Assembly: GCF_000743755.1 (NCBI RefSeq)
Contig: NW_014569530.1
Coordinates: 1 to 64,000 of the forward strand
DNA from: Blastocystis sp. subtype 4
Taxonomy: Eukaryota
Length of the DNA stretch: 64,000 nt
Reading direction: 5' to 3'
Shown here: positions 23,908-35,214 of the stretch, piece after piece
How positions within the stretch are numbered: position 1 is the first letter of the stretch
Layout of the letters: each line of letters opens with the position of its first letter
Made by a program: the position numbers and the translations under genes
The notes under the pieces: model-generated
Seen by the model: only the letters and a program-made list of their open reading frames with translations
Told to the model about the DNA's origin: nothing
Databases searched by the model: none

Positions 23908-25495
23908 ATGGATCCTATTTCTGTCGTGTATATAACTCTTCAATTCCTTTGTTATAGAAAGTAGGAATGAACGAAGCAGAGGAGGAAGCAGCAAAGGTGC
24001 AAGTAACAGAAGGAGAGGGAGATAGTCAAAAGCAAGAGGTTCATCTTACCGATTCTTGTTTTGATGATTGTATAGATTGAGAAGCTTCGAAAGGTTGTAC
24101 AGATATTTCAAACGAAACTGAAAGCACAATCGGCCAAGGTTGCAGAATTAACCAAGCAGTCGGAGTTGAAAGACAAGATTATTGCAGCAGCTAAGGACAA
24201 TCTAGAGAAGATTCAGAAGGAACGAGATGAAAAGGTGAAGGCACTCGATGTTCGTATCTCCTAGATTTTGTGATGCGTAGGAATTGAAGTCAAAGAAAGG
24301 AGGCAGTTCTCTAGAGATGTTTGAAGGCCAAACTCCCGAACAAGTGTTGGAACGCATTCAAGTTGGAAACGATGTTTGGTGTTTAGTGAAATTTCCTGGA
24401 GGATCAAATGACGATGAGTTTAAATAAGATAGTGTATTGATATGTAGAGATCTGGAGGAAGAAGATGATTTCCACGATACAAATTGCATTTGGCTCTCCC
24501 AAGATGAGTTGATTGAGCACGTCAATACGATTGGCTGTACTCTTGATCTTCCTCCATTTTCTCTTTCTTCCTCTCAGGCACAACAGCTTGTAGGATCTAA
24601 AATTTCTATTTATCCATAGCGTTCTGAACTCGTCTCACTCCAACAATCCTATGAGAAACTGGAAGAAGAGTATAAGAAGTATCGTGTTGATATGGGTATG
24701 GGATAGTGGAATGATAAGACACAGATGTGATGTTATGGAACAAGAATTCGCAGATCGATAGTGTAGCTTATTGTTTTTCAATTTTACTGTAGTTGAAGTC
24801 CACAAATACTGATATTCCTATGTTTACTACGACTTCAGCTCCACAGAGTCAGGATGATGTTGAGTCTCTTCGTATTCAACGTCAGGCTATGAAGGAGAAG
24901 AATGTGAAGCTTTCTCGTCAAGTGGAGTCTTTGCGACTGGATGTGGAGGAGTTGACGCTTAAAACCGAAGATGACAAACGGAAGTTGGATCTGTTGAAGA
25001 CAGAATGTGATGAATGGAGAAGGAAGTATAAAGAGGAAGTGAAGAAGAAACAGACCCAGATGGTGGATACGGAGATGAGTGCTGTAAGTGACAAGGAGAC
25101 CATTGAATCGTTGAAGCAAGAATTGGATTATCTACGAAGTAAAAACGAGCAAATGATGGTATTAGTACGCAAATCGCAGGATGGAAGACCTCCAAGTCTT
25201 CGCATGGGTTCGATTTCTGATGGCAACGAGACACCGCGTTCGGTGGAAGGAGATATTAACAGTAATGATATTTTAACTAAGAATGTTTGGTTGATGTTGG
25301 AGAATAAGGTATAGAAGTATTTGCGATCCTTATTCTTCAACTATTTATGTGCTAGGGATAAAAGTTCACGAAATCATATGCAGACGGCTATCATGACCAT
25401 CTTCCAGTTTACTCCAGAAGAAGTGATGGAGATTCGTGTTGGTGATTACTGTTTGGAATGATGAATAGAAAAAGGCTTCTTCTCAGTGGTTCTAG
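23908..25495 (+). CDS. Coiled-coil GRIP-domain golgin-like protein
   Basis: Long coiled coils; C-terminal KYLRSLFFNYL...AIMTILQFTPEEV...SQWF*. Confidence 0.78.
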
Positions 25496-25553
25496 TGTTG
25501 ATAATTACTATTTCTGTTTGTTAACATTCCCTCCATGTGAGTGTCTTTCAAAT

Positions 25554-27473
25554 ATGTCCTTTGTTTCAGTTGTTACATCCTGCTTGACTCAGATTCATCA
25601 ACAAATAACAGAGATTCAAGACTCATCACTGAAAGAGGTGCTGTTACAACATGAACTTTTTCTGAAGAATAACTCTTCATCTCTATGTGTTGTTAGTGAC
25701 GTGAATCTTCAGAAAAAGGGAGTCTTCTTGTTTCTGACCAAAGTGAATCAGTGCTGTTTGTTGGTCTTTGTTGGAGCTTTCAGGGTAGATTCCTTATTCA
25801 AAAAAGAATTGATGAGCAACTCGTTCAAGATGATCGTGATGTCGGTTTTTGTTGGATGATTTGATTCTAGGTTGTAGAAGCAATTCTTAAGAGGGAAATG
25901 GACATAGTAGATCGTCTACAAGAGGAGTTAGAGAATGTACCTTTTCTGTTTAACAGTGGTGATGAATTGGATCAGTTTAAATCCAGTATTCTCATGTGGA
26001 CCGATGACAAGAAATCTATCCCAGCTTTGAGTGTTTTCTATTCTTATCCTGGTATTTATTTTCCTTTTGTTTGATCCTAGCGATAATTCGGCTAAACGAT
26101 CAATTCATTACCAATCCATCAGCACTCAATGCATCACCGTCAACTCCCCTCTCATTTCTCTGTTCTCTCTATGTATTCATTGCGACAACATCGGATGTTA
26201 TAAATCATCCAGAATTACAGCGACTGCTAGTAATTGTCAAGGATCTCTCAAAGACATCAAATCTGTACAATCTAACTCGCTATTCGTTCGTTTTTCTCAT
26301 TCTCTTCATCCAGTATGCACAAACCCCAATTGAAACAAATCCCACTTTAGCTGAGAGTGTTTTATTAATTCTAAAGATAGGAATGATGTTAAATGCTACT
26401 GCCGTAATGCACAGTGTACATAGAATTCAATCACTTTACTCTAGTTACAACATTGGATTTATGTTCTTTCATCCAACACTTCTTCAAAAGACCTAGCTCA
26501 GGACATAAGTCTCAATCCCGTCCTTCAGCTTCTTCGAATCGCTGTGAATAGTGAGTATGGATTACTCTTCTCCTTCCATGTAGTCTCCAATGGATGGAGT
26601 CAGGTCAGGTTACACCAATCTCTGCGAAATTAATGCTTCGTCGAGAATGTCTCCAACTGATCCAATATGGATCAACCTCAAAACGTTTCCATTCTTTTTC
26701 ACATCCATCCATTAGAATCTGTGAATCTCGTTTCTATCATTCCCCTTCTCTTTCCTTCTTCTATTTCTCTCCCACTCTTGAGTCATAATCTCGTTCAAAT
26801 CTCATATTTAGCAGCTACTTCGATTCTCCAGTGTTCTGCTGCATCCATTCGTAAGGTTGCTGTCAAGAAAGTGATTGAGGTCTTTGTAAGAATGACTCTA
26901 TTTCTTTTAGTACAGAATCAGTGCTCCGAAGAAGAGCAGGAGAAGTACAAACCTCGGTTATGGTCCATTTTGAATGCTCATCTCTCAATCGAACCCAACG
27001 AGTATGCTTCCTTGAATGATAACAGCAGAGATCATTACGATTGGAGCTACTACAATGGATGACAGAACGGGACGATCCCAAGACTCGAGTAAACCGCTTA
27101 TTCCGTCATGGGCAGGATCAGTCGCAACAAATCCGATTGTTCTGCGTTCAACGCTTAGAGTTGATAGGATTGGATTCCCTTCTTGCTCTAATGGACACGA
27201 ATGAAATCAATTGCGGGATGAATGGGCTAATACGAGGTCTCAGTGAGAATACAGAGACTTCATCCTTCCGATTGCTTCTAAACTGGATCCGAAATAGAAT
27301 TGAGACTAGAGCGAGAGAACAGGATAGAAATCTCCTTCATTTAACCACTTCTGAATTCCATCAGCTCCTTGCTGAAGTGATTTTCGAAATATCGGGAGGA
27401 GAGAATTGGCCCTTGTGGAAAACCTTCCTCACTAAACATTATACTCTCTTGCTTGTTACTAACTCCAATTATT
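25554..27473 (+). CDS. Uncharacterised helical protein; stop probably completed by poly(A)
   Basis: Exons chain through ~30-nt introns; the last ORF has no genomic stop before running into the phosphate carrier; in-frame T at 27473 is followed by CGAC then TGTTTGTC. Confidence 0.6.
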
Positions 27474-27535
27474 CGACTGTTTGTCCAAAGAAACATACTA
27501 CAGAAAATTCATTACCATCAACAAGCATCCACTGT

Positions 27536-28471
27536 TTAGTGGCCTCCAGAAGAAGGATATCCACAGAAGGTCTTCCAAGTATCATAAATCCACCACTGGA
27601 GACCTGTCAAGGTACCAATCATCAGAATACGAGTAGCCAGACCGTTCCAGCATCCCTTCCAGCCCAGGAGCTTCATAGCCTGCATCATAGAAATCTTCTC
27701 AGCCGAGTTGTTCATCTTAGAAACACAAGAATCGAAAGGATGAGAGACAAGAGCACAGAACACACCAGCAATGTATCCAGAAGCGAATGTAATCGTCAAC
27801 TGCATAGCCTTGCTGTATGACTCACGAGGCTTGGTGAAACAATACTTGTAGAACAGACCCACAATGTTCTCGAATGTAGCAAACTTCACCATGGTGTAAG
27901 GAATCTGACGGCACCACAGAGGCACAATTCCCTTCCAAAGAGCCTTTGTTCCCTCTCCAGCAGTGATCTCCTTCATAGCAGGTCCCAGCTTGGTAGGGAA
28001 GTTGGCCTCCACGGGAGTTGTCTGAATACGAACCTTCGTAGCTTCCATGGGGCACAGGAAGATATCGGCGAAGAACTCAGCTGAGGCAGAAGCCGACAGA
28101 TAAATCGTGTTCTTCCAGTGCTTCGCTGTCTCAGCTCCCATCAGATTAATGTACAAATCCTTGAACACCTCATAACCTCCAAACTTGAAGAATCCCTGCA
28201 TGGCATAACCGAAGCAAGTAGGTTGCCAGCCTCTGTAGATACCATTACGGTTCCAACCCGTCTTCGCAGTCTTCTTCAGTCCATCCCACAGAGAAGTGTA
28301 CATACCAGGGTTCGTCTGACGACGGCACTTCACCAGATCCAGAGGAGTGATGAACGTGTGGGTGGTTCCGCAAGAAAGTACTCCTCCCATAAAGCAAGTG
28401 CTGTAGAACTTGGCATCGTGCTTAGGAGCATCGGTGACCTTCAATGTCTGAAGAGAATTACTGCTGAACAT
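27536..28471 (-). CDS. Mitochondrial phosphate carrier (SLC25A3/Pic2 family), intronless
   Basis: GGVLSCGTTHTFITPLDLVKCRRQ, GYAMQGFFKFGGYE, CPMEATKVRIQ, PLWCRQIPYTMVKF, MIGTLTGLQWWIYD. Confidence 0.97.
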   Translation of the reverse strand: MFSSNSLQTLKVTDAPKHDAKFYSTCFMGGVLSCGTTHTFITPLDLVKCRRQTNPGMYTSLWDGLKKTAKTGWNRNGIYRGWQPTCFGYAMQGFFKFGGYEVFKDLYINLMGAETAKHWKNTIYLSASASAEFFADIFLCPMEATKVRIQTTPVEANFPTKLGPAMKEITAGEGTKALWKGIVPLWCRQIPYTMVKFATFENIVGLFYKYCFTKPRESYSKAMQLTITFASGYIAGVFCALVSHPFDSCVSKMNNSAEKISMMQAMKLLGWKGCWNGLATRILMIGTLTGLQWWIYDTWKTFCGYPSSGGH

Positions 28472-28734
28472 TGCTGGTGAGAACAATAGAGATTTCTAAT
28501 CGCCAATCCTCACGAGAGGATTCAAAATGGGAGTTTTCCTGTATACTATTCCTAATATACGAAAGGCTAGAATATTGAATTTCAAACCGATCTGATTATC
28601 TTAATATATAAAAAAGAGATGTTTAATGAAATAGAATCAATATGAGGGATGCTTCAAATTCCATCCTTCTCTCACTGTGGTCCTCTTAGAGCAGCCAGAG
28701 AACGTCATCATCCCCATTTCAAAACAAACAAGCA

Positions 28735-29312
28735 TCACTTTTTCCCAAATGACTTATATAGAATAACAGCTGCTGCACCAACAATAGCAGTGGTAATACC
28801 TAAACCAAGAAGACCCTCTAACCATAATCCCTCCCTCCTTTCAATACTTTGTTGTACAATCGAGTCGAGCTGCTGGTGAAGATCCTGAGCTTGCTGATTC
28901 AGTGGATCCAGTTTCAACAAGCGTTCACAGAACAGACGTGATTGACGCAACTTGCCCAATTTGTAATACGCATAAGCAATGTTGTAGATACATTTATGCG
29001 TCTGAAAGCCATCATCGATGAGAGCTAGCGTAATTACACTTCACACAACCAATACCTTCAAAAATTTCAATTGACTTTTCCAGTTCAAACCGATCCTTAC
29101 TTCGAACAAGAGCGCATGCATAATTGAAGGCTGCCTATTGATTAGACTTGAAAAAACTCCCAATACCTTCGGTGTCGGTACATCATTCTCTATATCACGT
29201 AAATATTCCTCCTTGGCCTTCTAGTACATAATCACTATCTTCAACATAAAACTCGAATTGCAGCTATAATTTCTGCTTCGTTGAGAACGTTTGTTCCATC
29301 TGTTTCATACAT
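28735..29312 (-). CDS. FIS1: Mitochondrial fission protein Fis1
   Basis: Spliced FNYACALVRS...CIYNIAYAYYKLGK...LLKLDPLNQQAQDL...EGL plus C-terminal TM and KK tail. Confidence 0.9.
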
Positions 29313-29581
29313 GATTCAAACGGTTTGGAATTATGAGAAACATCAAACGACCTCGAATTGCTATGTATCTATCTTAATTCCATCTATGCTCTTTAAAATT
29401 GTATAAGACCCTAACAACTCCACAATCTTCGATACTCTACTGAAGCCTTATTTCAGTGGTATCTCAACAAATATCCATCGCTCTAAATATATCCTTCAGT
29501 TTTGTCACACTTGAAAGCGTCAAAACGGCTACACAGTTTATCGATTCAGTCAAAGAATTCTTTTCAGAAGAGGCTTTATCA

Positions 29582-30913
29582 ATGGGTTGTAGTATATTTA
29601 GTTGTATATCGTATGTATTCTGCATTGTTGCAGGAAATTCTGGAAAGAAGATGTCAAATGCCAAATACTTTACTGTGTATCTCATTTGGATGGTATTTGG
29701 TCTAATCATTGAATATCTTCCTAGTGGTAATTCTGTATTGTTTATAGACTCTTATCTAACAGATAGATCATTGATTCCAATCTTAGACGGTATTTTGGTA
29801 CGGCTGGAATAGAGATCGTATATCGTCTTTCATGTGCTCTTGTATGTTCCTATGGCATTCTTTTCTTCTGTACTCTCTTTTGGCCGGCTACACATCATAT
29901 GGTCTTAGGAGTCTTTGTTGTAATCCTCATTTTCTTCACTTGGCTGTTTGTATGGGGTGTCAACTCTGTCGATTGGCTCTATGGATATCGAGGCGTTGCT
30001 CGCATTCTCTCCGCATTTTATTTGGTTCTTCAGTCGCTTTCTCTTGTTGATTTCGCCTTCACTCTCCATGATGTTCTTACTCAGAAGATGGAGGACACAA
30101 ATGTTGTTCTTTTGTTCTCCTTTCATTTCTAGAAGCGATATAAGTATACAGATAAGACTTGCTGCTGTGCTAATCAATGGACCTCCATGTATCTTACACT
30201 TTCATTCGTATTTAGCATTGGTTCTGTAATTGCATGTATAGCCTTGTAAACATTCTTCGAAATCCCTAACTGATAGCTATTTCATGTTCCGAGTGGATGG
30301 ACATCTGTGTGGTCAGAATGCTCTCGTAATCACTCTGACTTTGATTATGGGACTCTTTTGTTGCTTCATCTGCCTGCATAGTACTTTCAACCGTGGTTTC
30401 CTTCCCCCAGCCACTTTCTTCGCGATTATTCTCTTCTATTTGGTTACTTCTCTTCTCACCAATCCCAGTGATGTAAATTTCATTCCCTCTTCTGATTCCT
30501 AGAAATGCAATCCCTACAAGAGTAGCAGCAATTATTGGGTGACCGTGTTGAATGTGCTGTTCGTTATAACCAGTGGATACTGGATGGCCTATCGTATTCG
30601 TAATCCCAAGGTTGATGAACCTGATACAGACACTAAGGATCCTGAAAAGGCTGAGAAACTTGCTGATATCATTCCTGACGATGATAGTCATCAGTGGTGT
30701 GTATTCAATGCTTGCATGGTACTTGCTGGCTTCTATTTATCAATGCTTTGTTCAGCCTGGTATACTGGGTCTGTTACGGAACGACCTACAGCTGTGTTCA
30801 ACTTTACTTCGCCTCTCACGTTCTGGCTCTATAATATAAGTATTTGGGTCGCTTTCATAGTGTTTATCTATGCTGCTATTGCTCCCGCTATTAATCAGGA
30901 TAGAACGTACTAA
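29582..30913 (+). CDS. Serinc/TMS1-family multi-pass membrane protein
   Basis: MGCSIFSC start, VYRLSCAL, SAFYLVLQSLSLVDFA, GFLP, FNACMVLAGFYLSML, IYAAIAPAINQDRTY. Confidence 0.88.
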
Positions 30914-30928
30914 ATGTGTATTGTGAAT

Positions 30929-30940
30929 TGTTTGCAAACA
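30929..30940. terminator. Palindromic shared 3'-end element between Serinc and UTP11
   Basis: TGTTTGCAAACA is self-complementary and lies 4 nt after the UTP11 TAG. Confidence 0.7.
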
Positions 30941-30944
30941 GATC

Positions 30945-31736
30945 CTATTTCTTACGTTCAAATCGCCAACGATAGATGTCAGCATGTCCATTTTCTCCTT
31001 CCTTTACTTTTATTCGCTTTCCTTTTCCACTTAAATTCTTGCGCAGCTCGATGTGGCTCAAAACACGATCAATGGTCTCTTGGTCATCCAAGGCTTCAGC
31101 CAAATTCTTATAACGTTCTTCTCGCCGCTTCTTCATTTTGGATAATTCACTTTCATCTGCAAGGGACGTAACAAATTCTTGTTCTTCTAACTGCTTCTCG
31201 CTGAGTCTGTTGTATTTGCGATCCAGCAATTCTGATGTCGTATCGAAATAAGTCTCTGGCTCCCATGTATTCACATCATCTTCGTCGTTTACAAACACTG
31301 TATGGTTATTCTGCTCCTCGTTGTCCATAAATTGAAGTGAACCCACCAATCGTTCCACTTTCTATAATAAGAAACATTCCAGTCTTCTTACTTTCTCCTT
31401 TTCGACACGTTTACTTTCAAGGATTCGAGCATCTTTCGTCTTTTCGAGTAATCGCGTTTGCAACTCTTTCCGTCCATCTTGTTTATCCTAATCGATTACA
31501 CAAATTCGTTAAATCCATACTCTTGATAGCGTGATCATACGTGTGTTGAATTCATCCGGATTCCTCAAAGCAGCTTTCAATTGCAATCCTTTTAATACTG
31601 ATGTCTTCTTGTGCTGGTAATCGGCACGAATCTTGTAGTCTTTCTTCTTTTCAAGGAGTCCGAGACTCTGTCGAGCCAGCGGTTGAGAACGCTCTTTATG
31701 CACTTTACTCTTTACAGCATTCCTCCAAGATGACAT
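30945..31736 (-). CDS. UTP11: U3 snoRNP/SSU processome protein Utp11
   Basis: [37 protein letters not shown]. Confidence 0.96.
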
Positions 31737-31859
31737 TGAGAAGATCAACGATTTCAACGGGTGGCTCTGTGTGAGAAGAAAGCAAGTGACAAAAAAAGTC
31801 TCTATTCTGGAAACAAGTCAAAACAAACAGATTATGTATTGTACAGCTATTCACAAAAG

Positions 31860-33852
31860 TTATTCTGCTCGCCGTCTCTTTTCTTCGCTATTCATCGACT
31901 GACAATCTTTCAGATCTCGCTTCTCACTCTCCAAACTAAGCGGGGTTAACGATAAAGACTCTTTTTGTATCCTATCAGCATCATTGGGAGATTCTTCAGA
32001 TTCAATCACTGTATCATCAAAAGATGATCGAAAACCCTCAATTGTTGCATTAATCTTCTCAATTACAGAAGCAGATAAATTCTCGTTTTGTTCCATTAGC
32101 TCCATATGCACCTTCTCAAAAACCCGAGATGCAGAAGAATCCTTCTGAACAGCCAACAGTGATGCTTTCATAGCTTCTTGAAACCTTTGTTCTGCTTCTT
32201 TGGAATCATCCGACACTTCTGGATTATCAAGATCCAAATCCACTTGAATCACGGTATGCTCAGGCTGGGTTGGAAGTGTTGTTCGAATAGTAGCCAAAGT
32301 TGAACGTACACTGGGAAGTGACTCCATTTCAGGGAGACTTTCACAATTCTCGATGGCATCCGACAAGACTTGTCTCTCACTCGATTCATTACCATCCACG
32401 CTCTTTGGGTGACTACTCATCGAATCCTCAAGAAATGAATCTTCTTCTTCACGCTCCTGTTTTAACAATTGATCCAATCCAATTCCAGCCTCAACCTCTT
32501 TCTACTCCCTTATCCTTCAGGACCTTTGCTTACCATCCGACTCTCACTCATTATAGTCTGACGAGAGAGATGCTGGAGACGCGATTGAATGAATGATTGT
32601 TTCAGTGATAGTTCGATGTGTGGTGGTCGTTTAGGCGATTCTTTAAGAATAGCTCCAGAATTAGATGGGAGTTTCAGAGATGTCTCAGTCTCTTTCGGAA
32701 TCGGCCGTAATTGAGCCAGATCCATCGTTCCATCTCCCTCTCCTTCAATGATACCGATATTCGTCTCCCAGTTATCAGCATTCACTTCTTCCTTATTGAC
32801 TACAGATGAGCGAGGTTCTACCACTAATGACCCTTCTCGTACAAGAAATTTGGAATCTATTTCTTACTCTGTCACTAATTCCCACTTATGTTTCCATGTT
32901 CCTCCTGACTCTCCGCAGTTGGATTTGCTAACTTGGTTGATAGTGCCTAGAACTCACAATGAATAAGAGTACCTACAGAGTTGATATTCAGGAGAATCTC
33001 CATATCCTCGTGTTTACTCGATTTTAATACACGTTCACGGTATACTTCACACAATTTCAGCAATTCTTCGGAAGAATACCCATCAAAGCACGTCGTGGGA
33101 GTGATTTCATCTGTTTCACCAGTACTTGTTAGAGTCCGAATATCCACAGTTTCTTCGGAAGGACTCGAAGGAGATAGAGGTGGTTTGCTATAGTTTGCAT
33201 TATCGATGTCAATCAACATATTGATGATTTCTTTGGACGAACTTGGCAGACGGGTCGTACTGCTACTAGTACGTTGATCATCAACAGTACATTCACTTTC
33301 TCGTACGAGAGTAGTATCAGCTCGATTTAAAATATCATGTAATGTCATTGTATCAAGATCCGAAGAAATATGAGGAGGTTCCGATACGTGTTCTGGTGAT
33401 ATCCGAGTTACATTTGCATCCAGCAACTCGTTCAGATCATCTACTAAGTTTGTTTCACTTTCTGAAACCACTGCAGACTCATCTGTACTTTTTCTGAGTT
33501 GTTCTTCAGAATTCCTCTGCTCATCTTCTTTCCGTGTTTCTTCTGTCTCTTCCTGTTTCTTTTCTGTTAATACTACTATATATGAGACAATCAACTCATA
33601 GCCACTCTCTTCAGAATCCTTCTGGATCGATTGTTTCTAATGAGTTAAACAATACAAAAATAGAATACCGAGCATTTCTCAAGGATTTTCTCGATCAACG
33701 TCTGTGAAGATTGATTCGCCTTAATTCCATATTGCTTTGCCATTTTCTGAAGTTCATGTCGTTTTAATGACTTCAGCTCTTCTAGATTCATCGTATTAAG
33801 AAAGTGCGTTCAAAAAATACCTCTGGAATATGGAATTGGATTTGAAATCCAT
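31860..33852 (-). CDS. Acidic low-complexity protein with N-terminal SAP/NuSAP-like helix-extension-helix motif
   Basis: EELKSLKRHELQKMAKQYGIKANQSSQTLIEKILE followed by long Ser/Glu-rich exons. Confidence 0.6.
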
Positions 33853-34064
33853 TATTCTCTAGGTTACTATTATCGTTTTGGATTGTTATTTAGACGGCTT
33901 GAATTCGTGAGTGTTATGAATGGATTGAGATAGGATTCACTGAGTATGGTTAGTATTATCACACTTCACAAGATGATTAGAATTCTGTATCTCATCGTTC
34001 TAACATATTTAAATATGCTATGTGGCTGTACAGTATAACCACTTAATCCACACTAAGAAACAGG

Positions 34065-34098
34065 AATAGGGTCATTTTATGTCATAAATGACCCTATT
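34065..34098. repeat. 13-bp perfect inverted repeat in divergent intergenic region
   Basis: AATAGGGTCATTT-tatgtcat-AAATGACCCTATT. Confidence 0.85.
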
Positions 34099-34302
34099 AT
34101 GGATTACTTATTATCTTTTTCCTCAAACCGATTATACTCATTTAATATATTCCAATAGAAACTATATATTGAGTTCTATCCTTTAGTTCCATTCACGTTA
34201 AATAAAAATCTCTATATAACAAAACAATACCCAAATTAGGTCGACATGGACCCTAATACTCCCAAAACCCTCTATCAAAGCCATAGAATCTTTACACAGG
34301 GA

Positions 34303-35189
34303 ATGACATTTGAATGGGCTAGTTGTTCTTGTATCCCTGATTCTACGATAGCCCCATATTCGGTGATTTCGTATTATGGAACGGTATAGCTTGAAGTCAT
34401 GAGAATTGATCATAGAATGATAATGAAAAGTCTCTGAGTGAACCATGTGAAAAGTATGTCCTCCTACGAGTGCTTTCTTGGATGATGACAAATCAGAATG
34501 TTTTTGGCCGCGTAGCAGATGTTTCTCTTGTTTCTCTTGTTTCTCGTATATATAGTGTGGGTCTACATAAGAGTTTGTTGTGGCAATCTTATAGTATGAA
34601 AATCCTGCCTCCGTCGCACACTATTATGCATTATTTGAAAATGGAACTCATTCACTATGCTCCTATTAAACATAAGCATGTATTGCGACTGCAGTGTACT
34701 TCTCTCAAAGAGAAGGATTTTAGTCAATCTGCAGAGGTCATTCAACAATTTCTAGGTGCTTTTTTTGATCGCCAGATTTCTCTGTATCCAATAGTCAAAC
34801 AACACTTCGTTGGAGCTCCTGGAATGTCAATTATATGGGTGGTTTCCATTGCACAACTGCCCGAAGATTCAAGTGCTTTTCGAAATCGACTACTTCATGA
34901 AGAGTGGAATAGCCAGTTTGATTGTTCATGGCATCTGGACACTTCCTCCAAATCCAATTATCTGGACTTCATCTTTCGAGTGATGGGAGGAATGACATTT
35001 CAGTCAAAGTCAAAACGATCAAAGAATAGGAGACATTCGAATGAGTATGATGATCTCGTCTTCATGAAGTTTTCGGATAGAGAGAGTTCTGGTTTCAATC
35101 ATTCTTTGCTGTATCTCATAGTTATTTCTGTTTGTTTTCTTTTCTGCGCTTGTTTCTATATTTATCCTCGTTTAAGAGTGTTCTATTGA
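34303..35189 (+). CDS. Uncharacterised protein with C-terminal TM anchor
   Basis: MTFEWASCSC... spliced to the 239-aa ORF; C-terminal LLYLIVISVCFLFCACFYIY; start uncertain. Confidence 0.6.
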
Positions 35190-35193
35190 TCGT

Positions 35194-35211
35194 TGTTTAT
35201 TTCAATAAACA
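35194..35211. terminator. Inverted pair of 3'-end elements between convergent genes
   Basis: TGTTTATT-TC-AATAAACA; 4 nt after TGA on + and 4 nt after TA on -. Confidence 0.72.
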
Positions 35212-35214
35212 TAA

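Noticed and set aside
17442..29312. Cluster of organelle genes (SERAC1-like, ETF-QO, phosphate carrier, Fis1)
   Set aside because: Interspersed with unrelated genes on both strands; no evidence beyond chance adjacency
34198..34450. Possible snRNA or RNase P/MRP-like motifs and hairpins
   Set aside because: Partner motifs are not on the same strand, and much of the region is the first exons of the 34303 gene
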